From Octopus vulgaris (Eukaryota), in the NCBI GenBank assembly GCA_951406725.2, contig OX597839.1, positions 32,426,001 through 32,490,000 on the forward strand: a stretch of 64,000 nt of DNA. Direction: 5' to 3'. The notes under the pieces were generated by a model, which worked only from the letters and a program-made list of their open reading frames with translations, had not been told where the DNA came from and did no database searches. Each line of letters starts with the position of its first letter. Position 1 is the first letter of the stretch. Positions 43,209-56,321 of this stretch are shown piece after piece. The position numbers and the translations under genes were made by a program.

Positions 43209-43689
43209 CATCATCATCGTCGTTTAACGTCCGCTTTCCATGCTAGCATGGGTTGGACGATTTGACTGAGGACTGGCGAACCAGATGGCTGCAAACATAT
43301 ATATATATATCCCGCCATCTTTAATCAGGTTTTCTTCATGCTGTAATCCAGATTACATGAACACAACTGCGCAGTTGTTACACACATATGTTTCTTTTTC
43401 CTTTTTTCCTTTCTTTTTGTTTTTTTTTAGAGATAGAAATTCCTCTGCCAGCGACCATTATTGCTTGCCAATAAATATACGATTTGCTGTGGTAGATTTC
43501 TAGCCACAGCTTCTGCTAATTCTTCTCCAGATCTTAGTTTAACAGCGGAAAGGCCTTGTTGAGCATAAAGGGGAAATATATTGCTTGTTTCTTTCCATTT
43601 TGTGAATATGAGGACGTTGCAAGTGAGAGGTGTCATCCGCCTTCGCTAAAACAAGAAAAGAAATCAATATCGTGTGGTTATCAATATGT

Positions 43690-44139
43690 ACAATGGTTGG
43701 AACGGGAAGAAAATAGAAGAATGTTGAAAGAAAAGTAGAGAATGAAGAGGAGAACGGGAAGTAGGGGGAGGGAGGGAGGGAGGGAGGTATAGAGTGAAGA
43801 AAGCAGGAGGGAAAAAAGAAGGAAAGAAGAAACGAATGGAAAGGAAATGTTGAATAAAAGGTGAAAAGAGGAAGAAAGAATTGTGATGCTACGAGTAAGG
43901 TAGAGAGCCCATAGGGGCCAATGAAGACGAGGCTGAACCAATCCTTTATCACGGCATGCACATAACTATCTGCAGTGTTCACCTTACCGGAAGAGGTGTC
44001 GAGTACTTTTAACCACTCCTGAACAAAAGAGTTCCAAAGTAGTGTCACCGGCGATAAACTGCACTGGCAACGTGTGCAGCGTGTGTGTTGCACTTGGGAG
44101 ATGGAAGACTTTGTGTGAGTGAGAAAGAGAGAGAGAGAT

Positions 44140-44170
<31 letters not shown>

Positions 44171-44500
44171 AGAGGAAAGAGAGAGGGAGAGTCATTGTGA
44201 GGAAAATTGAGAGAGAATATACAGAATTGAAAGTGGTTATAGAAAGATAAGAGAAAATGAAGGCTGATAAATTAATGCAAGAGAGAGAGAGAGAGAGAGA
44301 GAGCGGGAGAGATGTAAGAATGCGACGGGGAGGGGGGGATGAATTAAATTAAAGTCTAAGGAAAATATAAAGTTGGAGATTAAGAGAGAAAGAATGGAGA
44401 GAGTGATAGAGAGAGAGAGAGGGAGAGGAGGATGAGGAGAGAGAGAGAGAGAGACGAAGAATGTGTGCAGGGATAAAAGCAGAAAAACTCCGATAAGACT

Positions 44501-44533
<33 letters not shown>

Positions 44534-44541
44534 ATTATTTG

Positions 44542-44580
<39 letters not shown>

Positions 44581-45241
44581 GAATCTAAGAAGGGAATGAG
44601 GGACGAAAGAGGGGAAATAAGAAAGAGAGACAGAGGTAATGTGAGGATTTGTGGGACGAGAGGAGAGAAAATGATAGAAAGAGAACGGAGGAGACTGATA
44701 GAGAGAGAGAGAGAGAGAGAAATAGAGGGAGAGAAGGCATGTGGGAGAGAGAGAGGAGTGAATGGGTTGTAGTGAGAGATGGGGGAAGATAGGAGGATAG
44801 TAGGAGGTTGTGTAATGTATAGAATGAGTGAAAGTTGAGAGAGAAAGCGAGAGAGAGAGGGAGGGAGGGGAGCAGGTGGAGGGAATTGAGATATGGTGAA
44901 TGAAAGAGAGGGAGAGAGGGAGAGGGGGAAAGACGAAGACAAATGAGCCAGGGTGAAAGAGGAGGAGGGGAGAGGTTGGGTGGGAGGAGAGGCCTAAGGG
45001 TATGGTTGAACAAAGGGACAATGATATAATTGTTACGTGTGGATTGCTGGTTTTTGATGAATATCAAGGTCAACAGATGTTGAACGAGAGATAGAGAAGG
45101 AACGCGAGCACACACACACACACACGTATATATATATGTATATATATATGTATATATATATGTATGTATATATATATATATATATACACCGGACTGAAGG
45201 AGTCAGAGAAAGACAGCCATACAGGAGCATATGGAGAGAAC

Positions 45242-45291
<50 letters not shown>

Positions 45292-45620
45292 AAGGATGAG
45301 AAGAAGAAGAAGAAGAAGAAGAAGAAGAAGAAGAAGAAAAAGAAGACGACGACGACGAAGAAAATGAAGAAGAAGAAAAAGGAGGAGGAAGAAAAAGAAG
45401 AAGAAGAAGAAGAAAAGGAAGAAGAAGAAGGAGGAGGAAGAAGAAGAAGAAGAAGAAGAAGAAGAAGAAGACGACGACGACGAAGAAAAGGAAGAAGAAG
45501 AAGAAAAAAGGAGGAGGAAGAAGAAGAAGAAGAAGAAGAAGAAGAAGAAGAAGAAGAAGAAGAAGAAGATGAAGAAGAAGAAGAAGAAGAAGAAGAAGAA
45601 GAAGAAGAAGAAGAAAAGAA
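43690..45620. repeat. Purine-rich (GA)n/(GAA)n low-complexity zone
   Basis: Direct reading. Confidence 0.85.
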
Positions 45621-46347
45621 TACACGGACTGAAAGGAAGACACAGTGTGTGTAGCGTGGGGTAATAATGTTAAGGAATGATGGAATAAAAGAATAATGAC
45701 TCTTGAAGAGTAATGAGGGAGAGAAAGACACTGATTAATAGCGAAGGAGTAGCGATTGTAGAATTATTAGCTGTGACGGTGGGAAAATTTCTCAGAGGTG
45801 CCTTCTGCTTGAAGAATTATCACCAAGTAAGCATACTAGAATGATTGAAGCAAAGAGAAAGCTTTGATCCATTAGTTTCACCGGTGAAGAGGAGAAATAT
45901 TTGTGTTGATGACAGATTTTGTTAGGAAGGTCAAGGGAAAGAACTCCGTTATTTACGTTGATTAAAAATTAAAGAGAAGCGTGGTGTTAGGCCTGAGTGT
46001 AGTCGGAGAGTGTGAGTGAGAGTGAGAGTGAGAGAAAAATGGCTGCCTTACAAGGGAGTGAATTCCTATTCATAGTGCCCACAAGATTTTTCTCGTACTT
46101 TTTTCTTTTTCTTTTTCTCTTTTATTTGTTTCAGTCATTTGACTGCGGCCATGCTGGAGCACTGCCTTTTAGTCGAATAAATCGATCCCGGGACTCATTC
46201 TTCGTAAGCCTAGTAGTTATTCTATCCGTCTCTTAATGCCGAGCCGCTAAGTTACGAGGACGTACACACACCAACATCGGTTGTCATGCGATGGTGGGGG
46301 TGGGGTGGACAGACACAAAGACACACACACACACATACACATATTGA

Positions 46348-46491
46348 AAATGGGTGAAGGCCGTTTTATAGGATTATCTTAGGTTTCCCGTCCACACAGG
46401 GTTTACCTTTATAGCGCATCGTCAGCCATAAAGCTAAACCCTTTATGGACTAGAAACCTAAGGGAATCCCATAAACCGTCCTTCCCCATTT
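46348..46491. repeat. Imperfect ~144-bp palindrome (MITE-like)
   Basis: aaatgggtgaagg...cttaggtttc...agggttta mirrored by taaaccct...gaaacctaag...ccttccccattt. Confidence 0.75.
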
Positions 46492-46852
46492 GTATTGTAT
46501 ACTGCTCTACATCTTAGAGTCTGTTTCTTCTTTCGGATTTATGTTTTTTTACAGACGATCGATTTGCCAGCGTTCCCTTCATAACATAGGCAGCAGTCAT
46601 ATTCGGTTAAAATGGCTTATTGATGTGTTTTGTTTCTCTTTTTCCCTGATGAGAAGATCGCATTGTTTTACATAACTATTTGAAAACTATAGAAATATTT
46701 ACAAAACATTTCACTTGATTTTTTTTTCTTTATAATATAATTGTTTCTCTTAGTTGAAAAAGTCAAAAAGTCTAAAAAACGGAAACGGAAGCCGGTACTA
46801 AAATGTACTTCATGATAAAATTATTTTAGCATTTTCTACCCTGTCTTATTTT

Positions 46853-46925
<73 letters not shown>

Positions 46926-46928
46926 TAT

Positions 46929-47780
46929 ATTGGGTTGAGGAATAATTCATGAGCGTGTTTTTTGGGGTTTTTTTCAAATTAAAAAAATGCGCGCAGAAAT
47001 AAAACGCATTGGCAAAATTTTATATGTTATTCGAAAAAAGAGAATTTTGGGGTCTACAAAATAGTTTTACTGATTTTTGTGTATTTTCAGGTCATTACAA
47101 TGGAATGTTAATTGGACAAAATTGAGCATTTTCGACACCATTTCCTTTTTTCCATTTAATCGAGGTGCTTAAGGCCGCCAAAACTGCTCGAGAGATTTGT
47201 GCTGTGTATGGAGAGAAAAACGATGTCTCAAAGTACTGTCCCCCGTTGGTTTTCGCGCTTCAAAAACGGAAATCTTGACCTCAAGGATGGATCACACACC
47301 GGGCGACTAACTGAGTTTGATGAAGAGCGATTGAATCAACTTCTTCACGAAACTCCACGTCAAACGACCAGAGAATTGGTAGAGCAGATGGATTGAAATA
47401 AAAAAAAAAAGAAACTGTGGTGAATCGCCTTCGCTCAGGGGGTGAGTTTCAGAAACTCAACGCTTGAGAAACGCACACTTTGAACGAAAACATCAAAAAT
47501 TCAACGCTCCACAATCAAGAACTTGAATAGGAAGTGCTGCCTCATCCTCCATAGTCTCTAGTTTTGGTACCGTCAGATTTTCATCTCTTTCGACCGCTTT
47601 GCAACATTTTGCGCAGTGCATCGTTCAATAATGACGTGGAATTGAGGGCTTGGCTGGACGAATTCTTTGAGTCAAGTCCGGCAGATTTCTATCACTGAAT
47701 CAAGTCGTAAACAATAACGGTGAGTATATTATTGGTTAATTTGTTGAAATTTTTTTGTTTAAAATAAATTTGAAAAATGT
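46929..47780 (+). mobile_element. Mariner transposon relic, internally deleted
   Basis: ARE.CAVYGE...RWFSRFKNGNLDLKD..HTGR...QTTREL (HTH region) and EVLPHPP*S..LVPSDFHLF (decayed HPPYSPDLAPSD); starts at TA. Confidence 0.88.
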
Positions 47781-48615
47781 CAGTTTGCCTGGAAAGAAAC
47801 AATGAAGTTATTTATATAAAAGAGTTGCAATCAATGCATGCGAGATTTCATGACCGTGGCATCACTCCTTCGTGGTCAGCCTATGAATCCTGTGTTCACC
47901 CTCGTAATTTGAATAACATTAGTCTGCTATTTCCATTCATTTTCCTGTCCTTTATTCCTGAAGGAATCATGAGGGGCTAGAATCCTCTGGCACCTTTTCT
48001 TTAGTGACCTGTAAGAAGCAGCCGTGTGATATTTCAAACTGGGCCAAAGACCAGTTTTAGGCTCATAGAATAAGTATGAACTGGTTTTGAGCGTGACGTA
48101 TTTTATAACGAAAGAAGGGGCACGGCACCGAACACGCCCCTTCTAATAAACGACAAGCGAATACTGGGGCCGATACAATATAACAAAACCCTTGAAGATA
48201 GTGCCCCAGCATGGCCTCACTTCAGTGATCGAAACCAATTAAAGGGTTTTTAATTTTTTTTAAGAACTCCACAAAGCGGCAGCATATAGATTAGTCTATG
48301 GGAAATATATATTTAAATAGTTCGATTTTAACGAGTTGATAATCGAACGTCAGTTTCTGGTGCCAGTCCAAATTCTCGGTCGGACAGTCCTATCGGTTTT
48401 GCTCAAAATTTATTGATTTCTGCAGAACCCGTCTCGATCAATACAGTACGATTTGGCATTCATATTTATTTATTTATTTATTTATTTATATAGAAATTTT
48501 CCTTTTTTCCTCTCCAGCACTGGAATACCAGATCGATAGATCAATGAAATAAATGCTGATTAATACTGATATTAAAATCAAAACAAAAATCAAGACCCCT
48601 TTCCCCAAAATTTTA

Positions 48616-48683
<68 letters not shown>

Positions 48684-49080
48684 GTTATTATTATTATTAT
48701 TATTGTTGTTGTTGTTGTTGTTGTTATTGTTGTTGTTGTCATTAAGGCGGCAAGCTAACGCAATCACTCTAAAATCTCAGGCCTTGTGCCTATAGTGGAA
48801 AGGGTGTTTTTGGGGATTACATTAACAATATTTTTCGTAGGATAATGATCAGTTCTTATGAGCAGTATTTTCTGAATTTCTTCCACTTCTAGTGGGACTG
48901 AACACGGAACCATGCAGCTGGGAACCGAACTTCTGACCACACAGCCACGCCTGCTATTTCGAACTAACATTGCTTCCGTCACTAATGTCGCATTCTTATT
49001 CATCCTGCCAGCCAACGGCAACACCTGTGTTAATCACTGTTTTGCTCTACCTGTAGAGCTTAAATTCATCCCCTGAATTC

Positions 49081-49136
49081 AGTGGATGCTTGCGACTGAC
49101 GATGCTCAAAGGAGCAGAAATACGTATTTATACACT
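49081..49136 (+). ncRNA. Hammerhead motif with intact core and helices II/III, damaged helix I (family H4)
   Basis: CTGACGA (49096-49102)-tgctc(aaag)gagca-GAAA-tacgta-TT; proximal helix I does not pair, distal agtggatg/tatacact does. Confidence 0.6.
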
Positions 49137-49305
49137 TTTCCTCTGCTACTGACATATATCTGCGACTTTTAACACTATACGCCTATATGAGATACTTTCT
49201 CGAGACGAATACCGCAGTTTCCAGGCTTTCCACAATATATCTGCCTGGAGTATGATACACAGAACACAACTGTGAACTCACCCTGCTTCCGTCACTTATA
49301 ACGAA

Positions 49306-49342
<37 letters not shown>

Positions 49343-49401
49343 TTAAATCCTTAAAAATGTTTTAGCCCGAAGGCCGCGGCCATGCTGGGGCACCACCGCT
49401 G

Positions 49402-49480
<79 letters not shown>

Positions 49481-49739
49481 TTATTTATTTATTTATTTAT
49501 ATATATACACACGGGTACAAATGTATATATACGTGTGGGTGTGTGTGTATATCATGTTCACTGCTCTCCTCCTCTTACTAACATATGAAAAACACTGACG
49601 ACGCAGTCATTGATGAATATGTCTGACTGTTAAAGGTCAGGCAATGTATTCGCTATCGATCGTTGGGTACATGGATATTTATCTCTATGAAATATGTGCA
49701 TAAACGATAAAAACGGAGACAGCGGCTTGACCTTTCTCA

Positions 49740-50600
49740 ATCAGATCTACGCCAGTGTATTATCAGCACTATTGACATCTGAAGTTGTGACGGGCATGGT
49801 TTGTTTTTTTGTTTTCCTTACTTTTCTGGGAATATTAGAAGAATTGAAATAACTGCGAACAGGGCTAGAACTTGGGTCACCAACATCTGACTACTATGCA
49901 CGTGTACATATACATAGGTATACGATTAAATGCGCCTGTGTGTGAGTGTAATCGAGGTCTGTCGTTACATCATAGTCAGGCTTGAAAGTTAAAACCATCG
50001 GCCTCTACAGAGATGATGGCTTGTAGCCCTATCAAGGCACGCCGACAGCTAGACACTAGACGAACATAAAAATCCTTGTTCACCCTCTCCAATAAGTTCG
50101 ACGTTTGTGTATATTTAATTTCTTTATTGTCACATACTCTTTACTCTTTTACTCTTTTACTCTTTTACTTGTTTCAGTCATTTGACTGCGGCCATGCTGG
50201 AGCACCGCCTTTAGTCGAGCAAATCGACCCCAGGACTTATTCTTTGTAAGCCCAGTACTTATTCTATCGGTCTCTTTTTGCCGAACCGCTAAGTGACGGG
50301 GACGTAAACACACCAGCATCGGTTGTCAAGCAATGCTAGGGGGACAAAGACAGACACACTAACATATACACACATATACATATATATATACATATATACG
50401 ACAGGCTTCTTTCAGTTTCCGTCTACCAAATCCACTCACAAGGCATTGGTCGGCCCGGGGCTATAGTAGAAGACACTTGCCCAAGGTGCCACGCAGTGGG
50501 ACTGATTTAACCATTTTATCGGCATATATGAGTAAACTGAAAGAAAAGCTCACCTGCATTAACAAGGATTTCTGTTACCCGCTCGGAGTTTACAGAAACA
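49740..50600 (+). mobile_element. Penelope-like (Naiad-type) reverse transcriptase relic A, split by a family-A SINE
   Basis: IGLYRDDGL at ~49997-50023; FNFFIVT (decayed NFLDVT) before the SINE and DLT...K...CINKDFCYP after it. Confidence 0.7.
50146..50504 (-). mobile_element. Family-A SINE, 5'-truncated
   Basis: Match to the other copies. Confidence 0.9.
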
Positions 50601-50729
50601 AATTTGTAGTTAAACAAAATAAAAAAGAAACTTCAATAAAGCTGCATCTTAGTAGAATAATGCATTTGAAGTTAGTGGACATGGGGCAATAAGCAGAAAG
50701 ACATTTCGTAATATTATGGGGATCAATAA

Positions 50730-50945
50730 GGCGGCGAGATGGCCGAAGCATCAGCGTGCCGGGCAAAATGTTTAGCGGCATTTCGTCTGACCTTACGTTC
50801 TGAGTTCAAATTCTGCCGATGTCAACTTTGCATTTCATACTTTCGGGGTCGATGAAATAAGTACCAGTTGAACTCTCTGGGGTTGATGTAATCAACTTAC
50901 CCCTCCCACGAAATTGCTGGCTTTGTGCCAAAATTTGAAACCAAT
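50730..50945 (+). mobile_element. Family-B SINE, diverged
   Basis: Sequence similarity to the full copies. Confidence 0.8.
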
Positions 50946-51266
50946 ATTATGTGCATCGATCGTGGTTTCTTGTTAAATATTGAATCTAACAGCAATACTC
51001 ATCTTAGCGTTGATAAATCAATATTTCCGTATCGATCACCGTTACAGCTAATCAATCATTGCAAAGTCAGTAAAAACAACCCCTACCATTCCTGAGTTCC
51101 ATTGTTGATGTAGGAGGAGACGGAGATTCATTTCACCATTATACTTTGCTTCGTTAGGGGAGTTACTGTTGGTTACGCATCTGACGATTGCGAAAGTAAG
51201 ACATCTCATTTGTCGTATGAAACTTGAAGTTATGCAGGGTTCGTATTAATCGTAATTACTGTAACG

Positions 51267-51646
51267 GAGGCGCAATGGCCCAGTGGTTAGGGCAGCGGAC
51301 TCGCGGTCGGAGGATCGCGGTTTCGATTCCCAGACCGGGCGTTGTGAGTGTTTATTGAGCGAAAACACCTAAAGCTCCACGATGCTCCGGCAGGGGATGG
51401 TGGTGATCCCTGCTGTACTCTTTCACCACAACTTTCACTCTTACTTCCTGTTTCTGTTGTACCTGTATTTCAAAGGGCCGGCCTTGTCACTCTCTATGTC
51501 ACGCTGAATATCCCCGAGAACTACGTTAAGGGTACACGTGTCTGTGGAGTGCTCAGCCACTTACACGTTAATTTCACGAGCAGGCTGTTCCGTTGATTCG
51601 GATCAACCGGAACCCTCATCGTCGTAACCGACGGAGTGCTTCCACC
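51267..51646 (+). mobile_element. tRNA-derived SINE family C2, full length, 13-bp TSD
   Basis: Head shared with C1 (tggcccagtggttagggcagcggactcgcggtcg), different 3' half; TSD aattactgtaacg at 51254-51266 and 51647-51659. Confidence 0.9.
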
Positions 51647-51807
51647 AATTACTGTAACGTAATAAATATTTCATTTTATTATATGAATTAAAAATAAGAT
51701 GGTGAACTTGTCGGAAAAGTGCGTAGCGGTATTTTTTTCCTGGCTCTTTATGTGGTGAGTTCAAATCCCACCGGAGTCAGGTTTTCCTTTCGTATTTGTT
51801 GCTAAAT

Positions 51808-52080
51808 TTAGACGGAAACTGAAAGAAGCCCGTCGTATAAATGTATATGTGTGTGTGTGTGTGCGCGTGTATATGTTTGTGCGTCTGTGTTTGTCCCCCA
51901 CAACATCGCTTGACAACCGATGCTGGTGTGTTTATGGCCCCGTAACTTAGCGTTTCGACAAAGGAGGCCAGTAGAATAAGTACTAGCCTTACAAAGAATA
52001 AGTCCTGGAGTCGATTTTCTCGACTAAAATGCGGTCCTCCAGCATGACCGCAGTCAAATGACTGAAACAAGTACAAGAAT
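51808..52080 (+). mobile_element. Family-A SINE, partial
   Basis: Sequence similarity to the full copies. Confidence 0.85.
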
Positions 52081-52372
52081 AAAATTTAGATATTATATTC
52101 GAAAATGTCACTAAATGCGTTAACATATTCGGACGTAACACTAAATGTAGACAAGGGCTTATTCTGTCCCTATCATAATCCTAACAAAGCTATAAAGTAT
52201 ATCCACGCCTTATCAAATCATCCCCCAAAGTGTCATTAAGGGGATAATCAAAGGTGTGTCGATACGAACATCTAATTTATCCGCAAACGCAAAGATCTTC
52301 GGTGATTTTGCACCCCTTTATAACACAACACTAAAAGACTGGATTCAAAAAAATATATATATATATATTATA

Positions 52373-52755
52373 CTAGCAGTATCGCCCGGCGTTGCTCGGG
52401 TTTGTAAGGAAAATAACTATAAAGCATTTTTAGAGAGTTATAGCCAAAAAATAGCAAAAAAATGGAAAAAAAATGATGGTAAATTTTTTTGAGAGTTAAA
52501 AAGGTCGAGTTGCGTCCCCTAGACAGTCTGTGGTTTGTGTTTCTGATTCTCGACCCCATGTCGAATTTATCGATTTTTTTCAGAACTGGGGGAACTTTTC
52601 AAAATTTTCGCTGCGTTAGTTTTGAATTATGACATTGGGCTATGTGTGTGTCAAGTTTCATCAGAATCGGTTGAAAGCCGTGGTCAGAGTAAGGGTACGA
52701 GAAAACAGACACACAGAAACACACACAGACAAACTGCCGTTTATATAGAGAGAGA
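52373..52755 (-). mobile_element. Non-autonomous Helitron (same 3' end as the others, different 5' body)
   Basis: Identical hairpin and CTAG end; 5' end TCTCTCTCTATATAAA. Confidence 0.82.
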
Positions 52756-52919
52756 TGAAGAACACAATATTTAAAAGCAAATTAGGCAAACGGTTTCCAA
52801 ATATTGCGAATTCAAACATCGACACACCTCACATGAACACACGCACCCCACCACCGAATATAGAAACCAGCAACATTTTAGAAGACACTATAATTTATTC
52901 AATTGTAACAAATAACATA

Positions 52920-53346
52920 GGCGCAGGAGTGGATGTGTGGTAAGTAGCTTGTTTACCAACCACATGGTTCCGGGTTCAGTCCCACTGCGTGGCACCTTGG
53001 GCAAGTGTCTTCTACTATAGCCTCGGGCCGACCAAAGCCTTGTGAGTGGATTTGGTAGACGGAAACTGAAAGAAGCCCATCGTGTATATGTTTATATATA
53101 TATATATATATATATGCGTGTGTGTGTTATGTGTCTGTGTTTGTCCCCCTAGCATTGCTTGACAACCGATGCTGGTGTGTTACTTAGATGTCCCCGTTAC
53201 TTAGCGGTTCGGCAAAAGAGACCGATAGAATAAGTACTGGGCTTACAAAAGAATAAGTCCCGGGGTCGAGTTTGCTCGATTAAAGGCGGTGCTCCAGCAT
53301 GGCCGCAGTCAAATGACTGAAACAAGTAAAAGAGTAAAAGAGAGTA
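52920..53346 (+). mobile_element. Family-A SINE, full length
   Basis: Match to the other copies. Confidence 0.9.
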
Positions 53347-54115
53347 ACTATACTGGGCAGAATAAGAACAACTCAGGGAGGAGACGGGAAATTATATGGT
53401 TCACACCCACGTTTTCCCTCCAGGTGAGAAACCTCCCTAAATTACTTTTTAGCATTATCGATAGGAACTTCCCACCCGGTCATAAATATCACTCCATGTT
53501 TAATAGATCCTGCCTTGAATTATCTTTACTCAACCACACCCAATCTAGGATCTGTAATTGCGGCCAACGACAGACTTGAACTTAGAAATAACAGCATTAA
53601 CAGAGATGATAACTTGACCGAGCTTCATATGAAGGAGGAGGAGGAGGAGGAGGAGGAGAAGAAGAAGAAGAAGAAGAAGAAGAAGAAGAAGAAGAAGAAA
53701 GAGAAGAAGAAGAAGAAGAAGAAGAAGAAGAAGAAGAAGAGAAGAAGAAGAAGAGAAGAAGAAGAAGAAGAAGAAGAAGAAGCCTGATATTAGAAATAGA
53801 AAGGCTAAACCTGGAAATAAAACAAATAAAACATGTAGTTCTCGTAATAGGGAGCTTTGTCCCCTAAAAGGTTTCTTTTCAAGGAGAAATGTCGTACATA
53901 AAGTTGAAGTATCAAACCCTTAATGAACCTAAAATGGTTTGCATGGGAAGTACGACTGATTTTAAAATTAGATCTAGGGCGCATACAAACTCATTTACTA
54001 ACCACGAGACTAAAAATCGAACCACACTAGCTACCCACATTAATAAATTAAAAATGCACAGCAAAGAATTCAGTCTAGATTGGTCTAAACGGAAACCACA
54101 CCTGATAACATACAC

Positions 54116-54280
54116 TGGTTGGTTGGCATCCTTTCTGTCTCGGGAGACAATGGAGTTGCGCATGAAGTAGTCTAGTCCGGCTTTTATATTTCATGTCCTG
54201 ATACATTTCCTGCTGTGGCTGTGTAGTCCTATCCTGGACAAACACTCCCTCTGGCAGGTACCGCAAATGTAGCGAAGACT
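54116..54280 (-). mobile_element. RTE-clade LINE 3' tip
   Basis: YICGTCQRECLSRIGLHSHSRKC zinc finger plus 3' UTR ccattgtctcccgagacagaaaggatgcc. Confidence 0.8.
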
Positions 54281-54341
54281 GTTCCTGGCTATGTTTTTAT
54301 CTTTTTCAGGTGAATGCGCAAAAAAAAACAACACATACATA

Positions 54342-54729
54342 GGCGCAGGAGTGGCTGTGTGGTAAGTAGCTTGCTTACCAACCACATGGTTCCGGGTTCA
54401 GTCCCACTGCGTGGCATCTTAGGCAAGTGTCTTCTGCTATAGCCCCGGGCCGACCAATGCCTTGTGAGTGGATTTGGTAGACGGAAACTGAAAGAAGCCT
54501 GTCGTATATATGTATATATATGTATGTGTATGTGTTTGTGTGTCTGTGTTTGACAACCGATGCTGGTGTGTTTACGTTCCCGTCACTTAGCGGTTCGGCA
54601 TAAGAGACCGATAGAATAAGTACTGGGCTTACAAAGAATAAGTCCCGGGGTCGATCTCCTCGACTAAAGGCGGTGCTCCAGCATGGCCGCAGTCAAATGA
54701 CTGAAACAAGTAAAAGAGTTAAAGAGTTA
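54342..54729 (+). mobile_element. Family-A SINE, full length
   Basis: Match to the other copies. Confidence 0.9.
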
Positions 54730-55396
54730 CACTAAAAATTGCAATTTATGCAGGAAGGAAGCGATCCCGAAACTCCGTGCCAACAAAAATAGCTTACTTA
54801 ATAAAATATCTGTAGACATAAATATCTTTCAACTTTTTTAATTCTTCCCCCCCCCCCCAAATAATTAGCCTATAGGATCCTAATCTACCCTTCATGTTAT
54901 GGACTCTTCTTAAAATACCATTATATGCAGCGTCGTACTTTTTACGGGTTTCGTCATCTGAGACTAACTTTCGTGTCTACCCGCCTCATGGATTCTAATA
55001 CGGACATTCAAACCTCGCAAGTACATTTTTGTATTTATATTTATGTGTATATATATTTATGAATTTTTTACATGTTTATCCATTTTTATATGTTTGTAAA
55101 TTTTTATATATTTATGAATTTTTATATATTTCTAAATCTTCGTATTTATATGTGTTTAGGAATTCTTAAGAATTTTCATCGTGTCTCATACACGTAAACG
55201 CATCTATGTTTATTGTATAGTTTGAAGAATTTCGATAACTTGATATGGATTGAATGACTATGAATTCCGACCTTTGAAATAGGCTTCTCTCTGTCTTAAT
55301 TATATATTCCTGGAGTTTCATTAGAGCGCTAATTAGTTGAGCTGTATAAAGTGGATAACCAAACCATTTATTCCTTCATTATATATACATGATGAT

Positions 55397-55723
55397 GGTA
55401 CTACTAGCGAACAATGGTCCCGGTGCGCGCACTCGCGTATCCGCGCTAGCTAGTCGTAAGTAGTCGATCCTACAACGCCTTTTTAACCCTAATCCTAAAC
55501 CTAAACCTAACCTTAGTTTGGTTATAAAAATAATTTATTTACTTAGTTTAAAAAATTATTTACTTTGCGTTTTATTTACTTTGTTGGAAAAATATTATTT
55601 AATTTTCTTTGATTTGTATTCAGCCTTGAAATACAAACATAGGCGCGAGTCGTTGTAGGATCGACTACTCACGACTAGCTAGCGCGAGTGCGCGCACCGG
55701 GACCACTGTTCGCTAGTAGTACC
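55397..55723. mobile_element. MITE with ~80-bp TIRs and 9-bp TSD (Merlin-like)
   Basis: TIR begins GGTACTACTAGCGAACA; TSD catgatgat at 55388-55396 and 55724-55732; internal taaccc/taaacc repeats. Confidence 0.8.
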
Positions 55724-56321
55724 CATGATGATGATGATGATGATTTTTATTCAAAACCGTATATTTACAAATTGCTACTCCGAGTTTCGCCTTACCATTT
55801 CCTACCTAAATGTATTGAGTACTACTTCGCTTTAATCGCATACACCATCCGGCAGCGAACCAGTTTCTGCTTAAATATATGCACGTGCGTTTGAATAGAA
55901 TTCGCCATCGATTGGCGATCGTAGCACCGTATGAAAGAGAGAGGAGGAGGGAGAGAAATGGGGGTAGGGTGCGAGAGAGAGAAGAAGAGGGAGAAAGAAA
56001 AGAGAGAGAGAGAAATATATTTAGTTATGGCGATGTAGTGTTAGAGCAGCGGGAAAGCGGCAACGGAAGGTAGAGAAAGTGTCTCAGCGTTTATCTTCTG
56101 CCGATAATTATGGCTTTTATCGATGTCAAGGCACGTTCGTTCATCGTTTGGAGCGAACTTGGAACATTTTTGGTAATTCTAACTCTCAGAAACATGTTAG
56201 CACCGCGATATCTATGGCTTGTTTTCTGTGTGGAGTCTTCGCCAGCGGGAATTCTTTCGTAGGTATCTGGCGATGACTGTGTTCTAAAGTTGATCATTCG
56301 ATCAATTCTCAACCAAACCAC

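Larger units (their letters stand above)
52085..54830 (+). mobile_element. Penelope-like (Naiad-type) element relic B: RT C-terminus, Cys linker and GIY-YIG endonuclease, multiply interrupted
   Basis: SDVTLNV...CPYHNPN...YIHALSNHPP...RTSNLSANAKIF...PLY (52120-52350); REIIWFTPTFS...IIDRNFP..HKYHSMFNR...YSTTPN (53380-53570); CSSRNRELCPLKG...NVVHKVEV, CMGSTTDFKIRSRAHTNSF...TTLATHI..LK...LDWS (53835-54088); CNLCRKE...LLNK...CRHK (54740-54822). Frameshifted. Confidence 0.85.

Noticed and set aside
51180-51200. CTGACGA-ttgc-GAAA
   Set aside because: No helix I or III pairing.
53830-54825. Selenocysteine (in-frame TGA at Cys positions), reported for some Naiad elements
   Set aside because: The recognisable Cys positions are TGT/TGC or missense; no TGA seen there.
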